NCBI RefSeq assembly: GCF_009914755.1
Contig: NC_060931.1
Source: the human T2T-CHM13v2.0 reference genome, Homo sapiens
Reading direction: 5' to 3' (one strand)
Length of the DNA stretch: 64,000 nucleotides
The first letter of the stretch is position 1. Every line of letters starts with the position of its first letter. A program made the translations under genes and the position numbers. The notes below the pieces were generated by a model. It saw nothing but the letters and a program-made list of their open reading frames with translations. It was not told where the DNA came from and made no database searches. This document shows, piece after piece, positions 43,288 to 56,800 of the stretch.

Positions 43288-46200
43288 GATTTAATGATAT
43301 ATTTTAAAATAAATTGATTAAATTCTTCAAAATTAAACAATTTTTCTCTTAAAATTTTATAAGAGGAGAAAATATTTTTAGGGAGAAAGGGAGAAAAAAT
43401 TTCATCCTTTCTTTTTGTGGAGTAAATGGTTTTGAGGAAAACTGATTTTGCACTGCTGACATCTGGTTACATCCTCCTTGATAAAGCCAGTTATTCTTCA
43501 AAGAGTAGATACTTTAAGTATGATGAATTATTTAATTAGCATTTATTGGGCTCAGTCCTCCTCTTGTCTCCTCTCCCATGTTTTGCTTTTTCAATTCTCA
43601 AGGGTACCACTTAAGAAGTACTGTGGTGGGAATTGTGCCCTGGTCTAACACGTTAATGCATCTTCCAAAGCACCTACCTTATTAGTTCAGTGAAGAGAGC
43701 AACACCTTACCTGCTGAGAAACAGAGTGTCCCTGGGGCAAATAGCATTATTTTATCCTTCTTCCAAAATTTTTTGTATAGTTATAATAATTAAAAAGAAC
43801 ATCTAGAGCATCTGTGGAGGGGGAAAATAAATCACCAGAGAACCAACAAAGCTTTAGTAGGATCCCCCAACCTGAGCTTAGTGGAGATGAGAAACTAGTG
43901 GATGGCTGTGTCAGGGGATCAGGAGTCCTCTTTAGCTCTGGTGTGGCTGGTCCACACATACTCCCTGCCATTCCCTGGATAGCTACATCCCCTGGGGTAG
44001 GCAGCCAGATGCTGGCAATAATTTGGGATACAGTTTGATACCCCATGTGATTTGTCTTTGATGGGCATCAAAAGTTCAGTTGCTGCTTTTGGTTTTCATT
44101 ACTGATGAGTGCATTAAGTTGAAACTGACAGCTTCTCAGTTTTAATAGGGAGTATGGTACCATGTTACCAAGAACTAGATAATTTTCTGAAATTTTGAGC
44201 CATTGTGTGAGAGGTAGTCAAATGAATAATACTCTAGCAATATTAAGTCATCAAGATACTGTAGTTAAACAGACATCTCTTTGATAAAAAAAAAGTGAGT
44301 TGTAGTCTTTTATGTGCATCTCAGGCCATTGTTGGTAACTGGTCACATGTGAGATTAAACTTGGGCCTGTTGTTTTGGTGTGTGATTTCTGTGAATTGGC
44401 TGAGATTTGAATAGTAACTATGGTCATTCAAAAATGGCTGTTCACATCTGGACCATTTCTCAAAATAAGCATCTAATTATTACTAAATCATTGTGTCAGA
44501 GACTGCTGTTTTTGCTGTTAGTATGTTTGGCATTTTAGTACTCTATTTGGTTTTCCTTTTTATTATTATTTGTCATATGAAACTAGGTAATTTAGGAACA
44601 TGAGCCATTTTCCTTTCCCATTAATAACATTAATCTGGTTATTAGATTTAGCTGCATCGGATTTTAGATGCTTTCATCTTAAAACAAAAATAGAAATACT
44701 TAAGTATGTGCACAAAAACCCACCTCTAAGTCTGCACTTAGAGCATTGAATGTAAAAGAAAAATATTGCATGACATTAGATAAGTAGAAAACCACAGACT
44801 GCTGAAGTCACAAACATGGAAAAATAATTATGGATTATAGGCATTATACTGGAACATAGTCATACAGGAGCTTGAAAAAGTAAAACTCATGTAATGTATT
44901 TGACTCATCTTACCATATCACTTTTTCTTTTTTTCTGATAACACACATTCTGATGTGAAATTTCCGTTTGAGTTCCTTGGCTGTTAGTAGTTGACATTGT
45001 AATTTTTAGTATCAAGATAATATTTTAAAGTAAATAAGGAAATTTTTTTCTTCTGCATATTTATATACTAGTACAGAAATGGAGTAAAAATATGCAATGG
45101 TTATTTTTAAATCCTCAGATTTCTTATTTTCCCTTCAGTATTGGTCTATTTGTTAGTCTGTAGTTTGTTCAGAAAAAAAATTACATGTGAGTCTTCAGTG
45201 ATTTGTTGTTTTCATTGTCACAATGGACCAGATTCATATCCTGTATAAACTGTGGGGAGTCTATGGGGAAAATTACCATATATGGAAACTTTCCCCATAG
45301 CATCCCCTTGGAGTTACACAGGATGTGAATAGGATTCATTGTTGTTATGGATTCTGAGCTGGAAAAGTCATTGATCATGTGTATTTTTTAAACATTAATA
45401 ATAGTCACTGCATTAATTTATGTTCAAATACTGTTAAATTTTCAATATGAGACTATATGGACATTACAAATTGTATAGTCATTTATAGACTATAAATTGT
45501 ATAGTCATTTTTTATTCCTTTTTGAAGAGTATTGATATCCTTCCATTTTTTCCTAGTCAATATAAAGCATGAGTTAACATAATTATTAATGTTTTTAACA
45601 AGAAAATGCACAAATGCTATATTATTTAAAAGGTCCCATTTACTGTGCTAGAATAGTAAATAATAAGATTTTCAATATATTTTATTTGTATTAGTAATTA
45701 ATTCAGATACTTATGAGCAAAAAAATGAATATGCAATTTAATGCATGTTTAGAAATGGCAGCAACCACATGCCAGATGCAGCAACTAATTGCAGAGACTC
45801 TGGCTTTCACTTGCTTGGATTCATATCATGGCTCTACCGTGTACTACCAGGGTTTAACCATCTACCATCTAAGCTTACAGTGTGACTTATCCAATGAACT
45901 CTCTGTGTTAGGGGAACTGGCCTTTGGGGGCCTGGATATCTGCCAGGGTAGGGCTTATCAAGGGGTGTTTGTGGAGAGAGAGTCCAGCAGTGGAAAATAC
46001 TGGCTGAAGAGAGATGTCACTTCTTAAGGCTGGGTGAAGACTGGAAGTTGTATGATGGGAATATTTTAAGGGACCCAATAGGAGGTTTGAGGGGAGGAGA
46101 CTGTATGAAACTAATGAAATGTGAAATGGGTCAGGGTTGGCAAATGCCAGATGCCCTGTGGCAAGCATCATTGATTGGTCATGACACTCTTGCAGGATTA

Positions 46201-46335
46201 GCATCAGCCACTAAAGGTTGGAATGTTGTCCACTCAGAACACTTCATCAGTGCAAATGTTTTCCATGTAAGTATGAGTAATAGACACATAAATATTTAAA
46301 TAAACGTACAAATACTTACCAAATTAAGAATAAAG

Positions 46336-46760
46336 GGCTGGGCACAGTGGCTCACGCCTGTAATCCCAGCACTTTGGGAGGCCAAGGCAGGTGGATCACA
46401 AGGTCAAGAGTTTGAGACCAGCCTGGCCAACATGGTGAAACCCTGTCTCTACTGAAATACAAAAATTAGCCGGGCATGGTGGCGCATGCCTGTAGTCCCA
46501 GCACTGAGGAGGCTGAGGAAGGAGAATCACTTGAACCCAGGAGGCAGAAGTTGTGATGAGCCAAGATCACACCACTGCACTCCAGCCTGGGCAACAGAGT
46601 GAGACTCCGTCTCAAAAGTAAAAAGTAAAGTAAAGTAAAAGTAAAGTAAAGTAAAGTAAAGTAAAGTAAAGTAAAGTAAAGTAAAGTAAAGTAAAGTAAA
46701 GTAAGTAAAGTAAAAAGTAAAGAGTAAAGTAAAAAAAAATAAAATATAAATAAAATAAAG
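46336..46760 (+). mobile_element. AluS (Sg-like) with expanded (AAAGT)n tail
   Basis: Full Alu; pentamer run at ~46614-46732. Confidence 0.92.
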
Positions 46761-46800
46761 TTAAGAATCTTAAGTGTTCCAGAAATGTCTCTCTTTAGAC

Positions 46801-46946
46801 TCTGGGCGGGACATGGTGGCCCATACCTGTAATCTCAGCACTTTGGGAGGCCGAGGCATGAGGATTGTTTGAGCCCAGGAGTTGAAGACAAGCCTCGGTA
46901 ACAAAGCAAGACCCTGTCTCTAAAATGAATGAATGATATAAAATAA
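46801..46946 (+). mobile_element. FLAM monomer
   Basis: Single left-arm-like Alu unit. Confidence 0.8.
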
Positions 46947-47823
46947 ACACACCAGTCTGTGTCACATTATTGTTCTCAGTAATGTCAATGTGTTAATGAT
47001 TCAGAGCCACCACTGGGCTCTTCTGAATGAAATTCCTATCAGTTGACAATAAATCCCCAGAGTGTAGCAGGGTACCTAGCATATATCAAGTGCTCATGTT
47101 CTTTAAAATTTGAATCTGCTGTGGAGTAAGGTAATATCATTGAAAATATGATGTGTGGGCTTGTAGGGTGTTAATATTGAGTTTAATAAAATTTTCTAGG
47201 CCAAGGAGTTTATCACACATAATGGGTACATGTCAGAAACATGCCAGTAATCAGCTCTTGTCATCCTTCAGAGCAGGAACAAATGACCCAAACAAAATAA
47301 TAGCATATGGACTTTTATTACTAAGCCCAAATTTGTTAGTGGGTAAACTACCATATACTGATAATTTGCCATGTACTGGTAAGTTGACTATGTCTAATCT
47401 AAGTTTGCTTACCATTCTTAAAGGTTAAGTAAAAATAATGAGTTACTAATAATCATCAGTTTATGTACAGCATGAAAATTGAGAATTGTTTGCTTGCAAT
47501 ACTGATATAATTTCAGGAACTAGAAAAATTATTTTACTTTTTTTTGTGAGCATTTCAGACTGTTAAGATTGAGGCTTTTGGCATATTTTGGGCAGTAGCA
47601 AGCCCGATTGTAAAGCGTATAGATTAGGAAATCACAGTGACTCCATTGGGGTATTCTTTACTACCTCCTCCACCTCTGGCTTCTTCTAGAACACCTAGTT
47701 TTCAGGGGGAGGCTTTGGTAGGGTCTGGCCTGGTGGTACGCATGGATGGTCCAAGCCCGGACTTGTCTCAGAAGTCTGAATTTCTCATCTGAAACTTTCC
47801 TAGGTCTTGTGCTGGTATAATGA

Positions 47824-48090
47824 TGTTTCAGTTACCCATTGCTACACAACAAACTACCTCAAAACATACTGGTTTAAAACAATTATGTATTATTATCTTT
47901 CACAGTTCTGTGGGTTGACTGGACTCCATTGGTGGTTCTCATGAAGGGTCTCTTGCAGTTAGATTTCTGTCAGTGCTGTAGTCATCTAAAGGCTCACCTG
48001 AACTAGATCTCCAGGATAGCTCTGGCATATACTATCAGTTGAGGTTAGCTGTTGACTTAGGGCTCAGCTGGGGTTGTGGGCAGGAATGCC
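47824..48090. mobile_element. MLT1-type MaLR LTR fragment
   Basis: tgtttcagttacccattgctacacaacaaactacctcaaaac...cacagttctgtgggttgactgg. Confidence 0.6.
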
Positions 48091-48094
48091 TATA

Positions 48095-48270
48095 CAGTTG
48101 ACCCTGGAACAACTTAGGGGTTAGAGGCTCTGATCCCTGCACAGTTGAAAATCCACATGACTTTTTACCACTAAAAACGTAACTACTAATAGCCTACTCT
48201 TGACTGTAAATCTTACCGATAACATGGATAATTAACACATATTTTGTATGTTAAATATATAGCTATAAAT
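48095..48270 (+). mobile_element. Tigger2-family fragment
   Basis: ta|cagttgaccctggaacaac...gttgaaaatccac...taactactaatagcctact. Confidence 0.7.
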
Positions 48271-48289
48271 ATATATGCTGCATATATAA

Positions 48290-49405
48290 ATATTTGTGTA
48301 TATTTCTTTATGTGGACATATGTTTTCATTTCTCTTAGGTAAATACCTAGGCATGCCATTGTTGAGAAACTGCCAAACCATTTTCCAAAGTGGTTATACC
48401 GTTTTACATTCCCACTAGCAATGGATGGGAGTTCACTTGCTTCACATTCTTGCCAACATTTAGTATTGTCAGTCTTTTTAATTTTTGCCAATTTTGTGGG
48501 TGTGTAATGGTATATTGTGATTTTAATTTGCATGTCTTTCATTCTTATCATATTAAACAATTTTTCATGTTCTTTTTGGCCATTTGTGTATCTTCTTTCG
48601 TTGTGTTTGTTCAAATCCTTTGCCTGTTTTAAAAATGAGGTTGTCTTCTTATTACCGAGTTTTGAAGGTTCTTCATATATTTTGATACAAATCTTTTGTC
48701 AGGTGTATGTATTGACAATATTTTCTTATAGTCTGTAGCTTTCCTTTTTATTTTCTTAATAATGTTAAGTTTTTAATTTTGATGAAGTCCAGTTTATCAA
48801 TTTCTTCTGTCCTATGTAAAAATATTTTGCTTATGTTATTGTCACGAATATTTTTCTCCTGTATTTTCTTCCAGATGTTTTATGTGTTTTGCTTCTATGT
48901 GTGCTATGATCCATCTTTAGTACATTTTTGTTTGTAATATGAGGTAATGGTAAATGTTCATTTTTTTTTTTTTAGTGAAATGAATATTCACTTCTTCTAG
49001 CACCATTTCTTGAAAAGACTGTCATTTCTCCATGGAATTGGCAACTTTATCAGAAGTCAGTTCACTCTATATTTCTAGTCTATTTTATTCTAGGGATCTG
49101 TATATTTATCCTTAGGCCAATACTATAATTGTTATTACTGTATAGCTTTATGATCAGGTAGTGTAAGCCCTCCAAGTCTGTTCTTTTTCAAAATTCTTTT
49201 GGCTATATTTGATCCTTTCATATCCCTATGCATTTTTAAATTTGCTTGTCAATTTCTAAAAAAAGACCTGGGATTTTGATTGAGAGTATATTTAATCTAT
49301 AAAGTAACTTGGGGAGGTTTGACATTTTAACAATATTAAGTTTTGCAATTCATGAACATGGTATATTTGTCATTTAATTTAGGTCTTTAATTTCTCTCAC
49401 AATGG
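48290..49405 (-). mobile_element. Old L1M ORF2 3' fragment
   Basis: The minus-strand ORF 48213-48614 resembles the L1 ORF2 C-terminus (MQIKITIYHYTPTKLAKIKKTDNTKCW); degenerate. Confidence 0.8.
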
Positions 49406-49692
49406 TGAAACCAGTTATAAAATTAAAAGAATAGGTTATTTTTCATTGATAGAAGAATACTTATTTGGAGTGGAATGACTTATATTACCCACTGAATATA
49501 TGTTTCTAGGGAACATATAGTAAATGTAAAAGTGGTGGTATTAGTAAAGCATCATTAATTTGAATTTGGAGGAATTATTTGCACTTGTAAAAATCTTAAA
49601 TAACCTGGAAAGTGAGATTTCACTAAACAGATGTTGTCATGAAGAAGTCTTTTGAGGGTATGTCTTAACAAATAGATTAGAATTGTTTATAC

Positions 49693-50559
49693 ATACAGGC
49701 AAAAAACAACCCCATTGAGAAGTGGGCAAAGGACATGAACAGACACTTTTCAAAAGAAGACATACATGCAGCCAACAAGCATATGAAAAAATGGTCAATA
49801 TCACTAATCATTAGAGAAATGCCAATCAAAGCCACAATGACATACCATCTCATACCAGTCAGAATGGCCATTATTAAAAAGTCAAAAATAACAGATGCTG
49901 GTGAGGTTGCAGAGAAAAGGGAACGCTTATACACTGCTGGTGGAAGTGTAAATTAGTTCAGCCATTGTGGAAAGCAGTGTGGCAACTCCTCGAAGAACCA
50001 AAAACAGGATTAACATTCAACCCAGCAACCCCACTACTGGATATATACTCAAAGGAATACAAGTAATTCTACCATAAAGACACATGCATGCATATGTTCA
50101 CTGCAGTACTATTCATAATATCAAAGACATGGAATCAACCTAAATGTGCATCAGAGGTAGACTGGATAAAGAAAATGTGGTACATATACACCATGGAATA
50201 CTATACAGCCATAAAAAAGAACAAGATCATGTCCTTTTCAGGAACATGGATGGAACTGGAGGCCATTATCCTTAGCAAACTAACACAGGAAAAGAAAACC
50301 AAATACTGCATGTTATCACTTTTAAGTGGGACCTAAATAATGAGAACACATGGACAGAAATTGGGTAATAACAAACACTGGGGCCTACTTGAAGGAGGAG
50401 GGTGGGAGGAGGGAGAGGTTCAGAAAAAAAAAACCCACAAAAAACTTTTGGGTACTGCGCTTATTACTGAGGTGACAAAATAATCTGTACATCAAACCCC
50501 TGAGTCACGAGTTTACCTATATAACAAAACTGCACATGTACCCCTGAACCTAAAATAAA
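49693..50559 (+). mobile_element. 5'-truncated L1PA (L1PA15/16-like) ORF2 end and 3' UTR; terminal bases continue at 51841-51868
   Basis: ORF2 C-terminal peptides ([19 protein letters not shown]; WIKKMWYIYTMEYY) and 3' end cctgaacctaaaataaa. Confidence 0.9.
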
Positions 50560-51545
50560 TGTGTGTGTGTGTGTATATGTGTGTGTATATATATATGTAT
50601 ATATGTGTATATGTGTGTATATATATGTATATATGTGCATATATACGCATATATGTGTGTATATGTGCATATATACGCATATATGTGTGTATATGTGCAT
50701 ATATACGCATATATGTGAGTATATGTGCATATATACGCATATATGTGTGTATATGTGCATATATACGCATATATGTGTGTATATGTGCATATATACGCAT
50801 ATATGTGAGTATATGTGCATATATACGCATATATGTGTGTATATGTGCATATATACGCATATATGTGTGTATATGTGCATATATACGCATATATGTGTGT
50901 ATATGTGCATATATACGCATATATGTGTGTATATGTGCATATATACGCATATATGTGTGTATATGTGCATATATACGCATATATGTGTGTATATGTGCAT
51001 ATATACGCATATATGTGTGTATATGTGCATATATACGCATATATGTGTGTATATGTGCATATATACGCATATATGTGTGTATATGTGCATATATACGCAT
51101 ATATGTGTGTATATGTGCATATATACGCATATATGTGTGTATATGTGCATATATACGCATATATGTGTGTATATGTGCATATATACGCATATATGTGTGT
51201 ATATGTGCATATATACGCATATATGTGTGTATATGTGCATATATACGCATATATGTGTGTATATGTGCATATATACGCATATATGTGTGTATATGTGCAT
51301 ATATACGCATATATGTGTGTATATGTGCATATATACGCATATATGTGTGTATATGTGCATATATATGTATATACACACATATGTATATATGTGTGTATAT
51401 ATGCATATATATGCATATATATGCGTATATGTGTATATATATGCATATATGTGTGTATATATGCATATATGTGTGTATATATATGCATATATCTATATCT
51501 ATATCTATATCTATATCTATCTATCTATCTATATATATATATATA
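50560..51545. repeat. Alternating purine-pyrimidine tract with a 30-bp minisatellite (24 copies, 50641-51360)
   Basis: Unit ATATACGCATATATGTGTGTATATGTGCAT; two copies carry a GTGAGT variant; degenerate TA/TG/TATC flanks. Confidence 0.97.
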
Positions 51546-51840
51546 TTTTTTTTTTTTGGCAATGGAGTCTTGCTTTGTCACCCAGGCTGGAGTGCAGTGG
51601 TGTGATTTTGGCTCACTGCAACTTCTGCTTCCCAGGTTCAAGCAATTCTCCTGCCTCAGCCTCCTGAGTAGCTGGGATTACAGGCAAATGCCACCACGTG
51701 TGGCTAATTTTTGTATTTTTAGTAGAGATGAGGTTTAGCCATGTTGACCAGGCTGGTCTCGAATTCCTGACCTCAAGTGATCTGCCCTCCTCGGCCTCCC
51801 AAAGTGCTGGGATTACACGAATGAGCCACCACGCCTGGCC
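51546..51840 (-). mobile_element. AluS inserted in the L1 3' terminus
   Basis: Full antisense Alu whose tail runs into the minisatellite. Confidence 0.9.
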
Positions 51841-53029
51841 TAGTTAAAATATTTTTAAAATTAAAAAAAGAATGGTTTTGTACTTAGAACATTTAAAAAT
51901 TATGTTTATGTAAATGCTACTTTTATGGCCCTTAGAACATTTGTTCTTTCTCTTGTTTGTCGTATCTTAGGAAATCACTTTATTATATTTATATATATTT
52001 TACTCCAGTTCTTGCCAAATATTCACATTTCTTTAATTAGAAAGGTCTGAATTTATGAGTTTTTATATTCAAAAACAGGATCCCCTTTTTTATTAAGCTG
52101 GTTCTGTAGTCCTGTTGAGTTATCGACCTTTTTGAGACTCTAATAAATCTATGGATCCTTATGATCAAGAGATCTGAAACCAGACTTTTCTCTAAAAACA
52201 GATTCAGGATGACATTTGTCACCTTTAAAAATTAAATTGAATTTAAATTTATTTTTTAAGAACTTTTTCTAATTATTTGGCATTACTTGCAGTAATTTTC
52301 AAAGTCCTTAAACTTGAAGCCATGTTTGATAGAGATTGAATTGACCTGAAACAGCATGTTATGTATGTACATAATAGATATGAATCTATAAACATATTCA
52401 TCCACCTTTGTTTTAGGCAGCTTATAAAGCAGTAATCCTCCAACAATCTCTAGTTAATTAGTGTAGTCTTTTGAAAGCTGCAAGGGTGAATATACTTAGT
52501 GGATTATAGATTCATCTATGCTGACTTTCTCACCCTTTTTCTAAGTTAGTTCCAGGCAGGCCTACTCTGTTAGTTATTTTTATTGTAAATATATAACGCA
52601 GTGCTTAAGAACCTGGGCTTTGGGTCAGGCAGATAAGGGGGTCTAGTTTTACTATGTTGCTTTGGGCATCTTATCTGTTAGCTTCAGTTTGTTCATCTGT
52701 AAAATGGGGATAATATTAACCTCATGGGATTGTTGTAATGCTTAAATGAAATAAGTAAAATGGCAAGCCTTTAATGGCACATGATAAGCAATTGATAGGT
52801 TAATTATTTTTGAAGATTTCCATACCAGGAACACATTACATAGCAGCATCAACATGCTGTGTATATATTTGATATAAAATAAAGTACAAGCTAGAATAGA
52901 AATGGCAGCATTGAATGTACAAATGGCAAATAATGAGAAAAAATTGTTTTAAATGGAAAAACTTATTAAGTTTGGTTCCTGTCGTCTGGCAGTTTACATT
53001 CTAAGGGGATGAGATGAATGAAATTATAA

Positions 53030-53382
<353 letters not shown>

Positions 53383-53584
53383 TCATCCTGTATTTTTTAA
53401 TGTTCTGTTGTACTTTATAATGGAGGGAGCATCTCTTCTGGTTTACATGCTCTGGAGTCAGTCAATAGACTGAAATGCTCATTCTACTAGCTGCACGACC
53501 TTGAGTAGATTAACTTCTCTGGCTTCAGTTTCTTACCCTGTAAAGTAGGCTTATACTGTGTCATGGAGCTGCTATGAGGTCGTT

Positions 53585-53897
53585 TTTATTGTTGTTGTTC
53601 TTCTTCCTTTTTTTGTTTAGAGACAGGGCCTCACTCTGCACCCAGGCTTGAGAGCAGTGACACAATCACAGCTCATTGCAGCCTCAACCTCTGGGCTCTT
53701 GGTGATCCTCCTACCTCAGCATCTCAAGTAGATAGGACCACAGGTGCACACCACTATGCCCTGCTAATATTTTATTTTTTGTAGAGGCAGTCTTGCTCTA
53801 TTGCCCAGGCTGGTCTTGAACTCCTGGGCTCAAGCAATCCTCCTGCCTCGGCCTCCCAAAGTGCTGAGATTACAGGTGTGAGCCACTGTGCCTGGCC
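53585..53897 (-). mobile_element. AluJ (within a MIR)
   Basis: J diagnostics; MIR-like flanks at 53440-53580 and 53898-53970. Confidence 0.85.
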
Positions 53898-56800
53898 TGC
53901 TGTGAGTTTTAAATGCCTTAAAATATTTGTTGCCTAGTAAAGGCTCAATGAATGCTACCTACTGTTATTAGGTATTATTATATTAGTCATTTATGTTATT
54001 GCTTATCCTTCCAATTGCATTCAATATGCCCATTTAAACATTTGCTGTATGAAAATCTATGATGTGGGAGGGGTTAAAAGTTATTTAAAGACAGAACATC
54101 AGTGGTTCTAGGTTTTATGCTCACCTCACCTAATATTTAGTCTCATCTCTCAGAGTATCTTGCTTATTAAACACAATAAGGTCAATACCTTTTCTTTATT
54201 CATGAAAATGTCTGAAATGTGAATGGAATTTATACCCTTGTAATGGTATCATATTTTAACTTAATATTTAAGGAGACTCTAAATACTAATAATCACTCAT
54301 TGGTTTATCTAATTTATATGTCTGTAGCTTTGTTAGATTTACTTAAAGTCATGCATATAAGTTCTTTTTTTAAAAAGCTTTATGATATTTTGATATAGAT
54401 GTCATAGCATGCTTTGCATTATTTGACCTCCATTTAGATGGATTAAGTGGAATTTTCTTCGCTGAGGAATTTCATAAACCCTTTTTGACTTTTAATTGGG
54501 ATGGACAGAGTTATCACTATGTAAGAAGGGAAATAATACACCTAAGAGTTTACTTTCTGGTTTGTTTCTTTTAGGATTTATACTAACATGCATCCAAGAT
54601 GTTTTGTTTAGTTGTGTAAGGGTGATCAGGAAACAGCATTGCTACCCTCCAAGACTTATGCTTAGAATGAAAAACTTTTACTGTGGTGTCGCAACATGAA
54701 TAATTTTCCTTCAGACTTTCATGAGGCCAAGACCATGTTTACATTTAATTCCATGCAGAGGACTGGCAAGCTGGGCAGTTTTTTTTTTTTTTTTTTTAAA
54801 GATATAAAATACACAGGTCCCTGAGTGCTTGGGTCTTCATATGCTCTGGAATTACCAGCTGCACACCTGACTATAGTCTGTTTGTTTTTAATATTAAATT
54901 GACCTTTTCCAGCCTCTCTTGTTGAGGAAGTGGAGTCTGAGTAACACCAGCTGTGTGTGGTGTCAGGCTGGAACAATAATTCAGGGATGCAGAATATGGC
55001 TCGCCTTTGTTTCCTGAAATTGTGCATTGATTTCTTTTGTCAGTAGACTGTTTCAAATGAATGGAAGAAACATTTTCTATTTTTAATTTTTTTGAGGGGT
55101 GGCAGACTTCTTTCAAAAGCAAATAATTCATCTGCAAATTCAAATTCTATTTGGTACATCTAATTTGCTTAAAGTAAAACACGCATATATAGTAGAAATT
55201 TTAACTGAGTCAATTTCATAGCTGTCAGAACCTTTCTCATCACAGCAATTTGATTAAAGTTTTTTTTAAGGCTTTTTCATTTTTAATAAGGGAAATATCT
55301 CCATTATAACCACTGCTGCCAGCAGGAGGACATTGGTTTTCATGAATATTTTTGGAATTTTCTCTACCTCACATTTTTAAGTAGATAAAACTGAGTTAGG
55401 TTTATAGAGTTAATTTCTCCTCTTCTTTGGCATTGAATGTACTCTAATTTGTAGCTTTAAAAATTAGAATCAGTCTTTTTTTTTTCCTGAGTGAATACAT
55501 TTTTTTGTAGGATAGATGGTTCTTAAAGAATACGTTAGTTCAGGATCTAATATGAATCAATAAATTTTTGCTGATAATATGAACGACCAGATGATTGGGA
55601 ATTCTTGAGAAGTATACAAGAAGTTTATAGCTTTATTACTATTTCACAACTGATTCTGGAGGTTTCTTAGGATATTAGCGTTATAAGCCTGAGGTAACTG
55701 GTTTTTCTTTTTCTGACCTGGGTGCATTTGTGGAGTCTGAGGCTGACAAGTGAAATAGTTACTAGCTGTTTAATAAATCTCCCGAATTGTTTGGTACTGT
55801 TTGGCAAGCTTACTCCGCATATTAAGTTTTGACTTTCCTGTGTTTTATTGGAACTCTTTGTTCCTGAAGCACTAACATTTCTATTTTGTCTTTCATGCAG
55901 TTAGCCACCTCCCTAATGGTGACCAGTCCTCTGCAGGCAATCAGGTCACTGCTACAAGTGACTGGCTGTCAGCCCAAATGATGCAGAATATTTTATCATT
56001 TGTAATGTGTGTGGCCCTCAAAAACATAATGTCTGGAATAAGGGATAACATGACATTTATCATGATCAGTGGAACTGGTTAATCTGGTCAGGAAACGACT
56101 GAATATTTTACGTATTTAGCTGACTGGGCTTTTATTTTGTTTATTTGATTTTGAGAATTGACAGTAGGAATAAGCCTGGGTAAACAGCAGTGCTAGGCTC
56201 TGCACTTTTTGTTTTCTATCCAGCTACTGTGCAAATGAGATATGATAATTTAAGGCCCCTTTTGGGAGAACCATGTTAAAAAGAGAAAGGAAGCAGGGAC
56301 AGGGGCATTTAGGTGGCAATTGTCTTTCACTGGGGTAGCCATATATCATATTCCCATGGTATGATATATCATATACATATGGTATGATATGATATCATAT
56401 ACTTTTGGATTTGGCTGCCCACTTGGTATTATGAGATATTTGCATCATAATAAAATGCTCTGCATTTTGGTAGAAAGCCCTAGTTGCTTGAATCTCTCAA
56501 TCTAAACTCAGTTTCAAATCCTTTCCTAGGGGTATGAGTAGGTGTGATAACAGTTTCAGACTTTTTTTCTTTCAGCGCTTCAGCCTAAAGGCCGCTTACA
56601 GAATTCAGCAGGTGTGCTTCCTAATAAGCTTCCTCCTTCTCTAACACAAGTAAAAAGCCACAGGTTGGACCCAGCATTGTGGCTCTAGGAATGCTGGCAA
56701 TACAAGTGGAGAGAGCAGCTCTGCCCTGAACAGCTGCCATGGAAGTCGCATGGACAACCGGAGCAGTTGCCTGAGCCACGTTTTGTGAGGCAGTCTTCCC

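Noticed and set aside
50641-51360. CRISPR-like 30-bp periodicity
   Set aside because: Units are contiguous with no unique spacers, and the DNA is primate.
50464-51738. Six overlapping 300-370 aa ORFs covering all frames
   Set aside because: All stop codons are Y-R-R, so an RY-alternating repeat cannot contain them. The GTGAGT variants introduce TGA and truncate exactly one frame (the ORF starting at 50815). This is a composition artefact.
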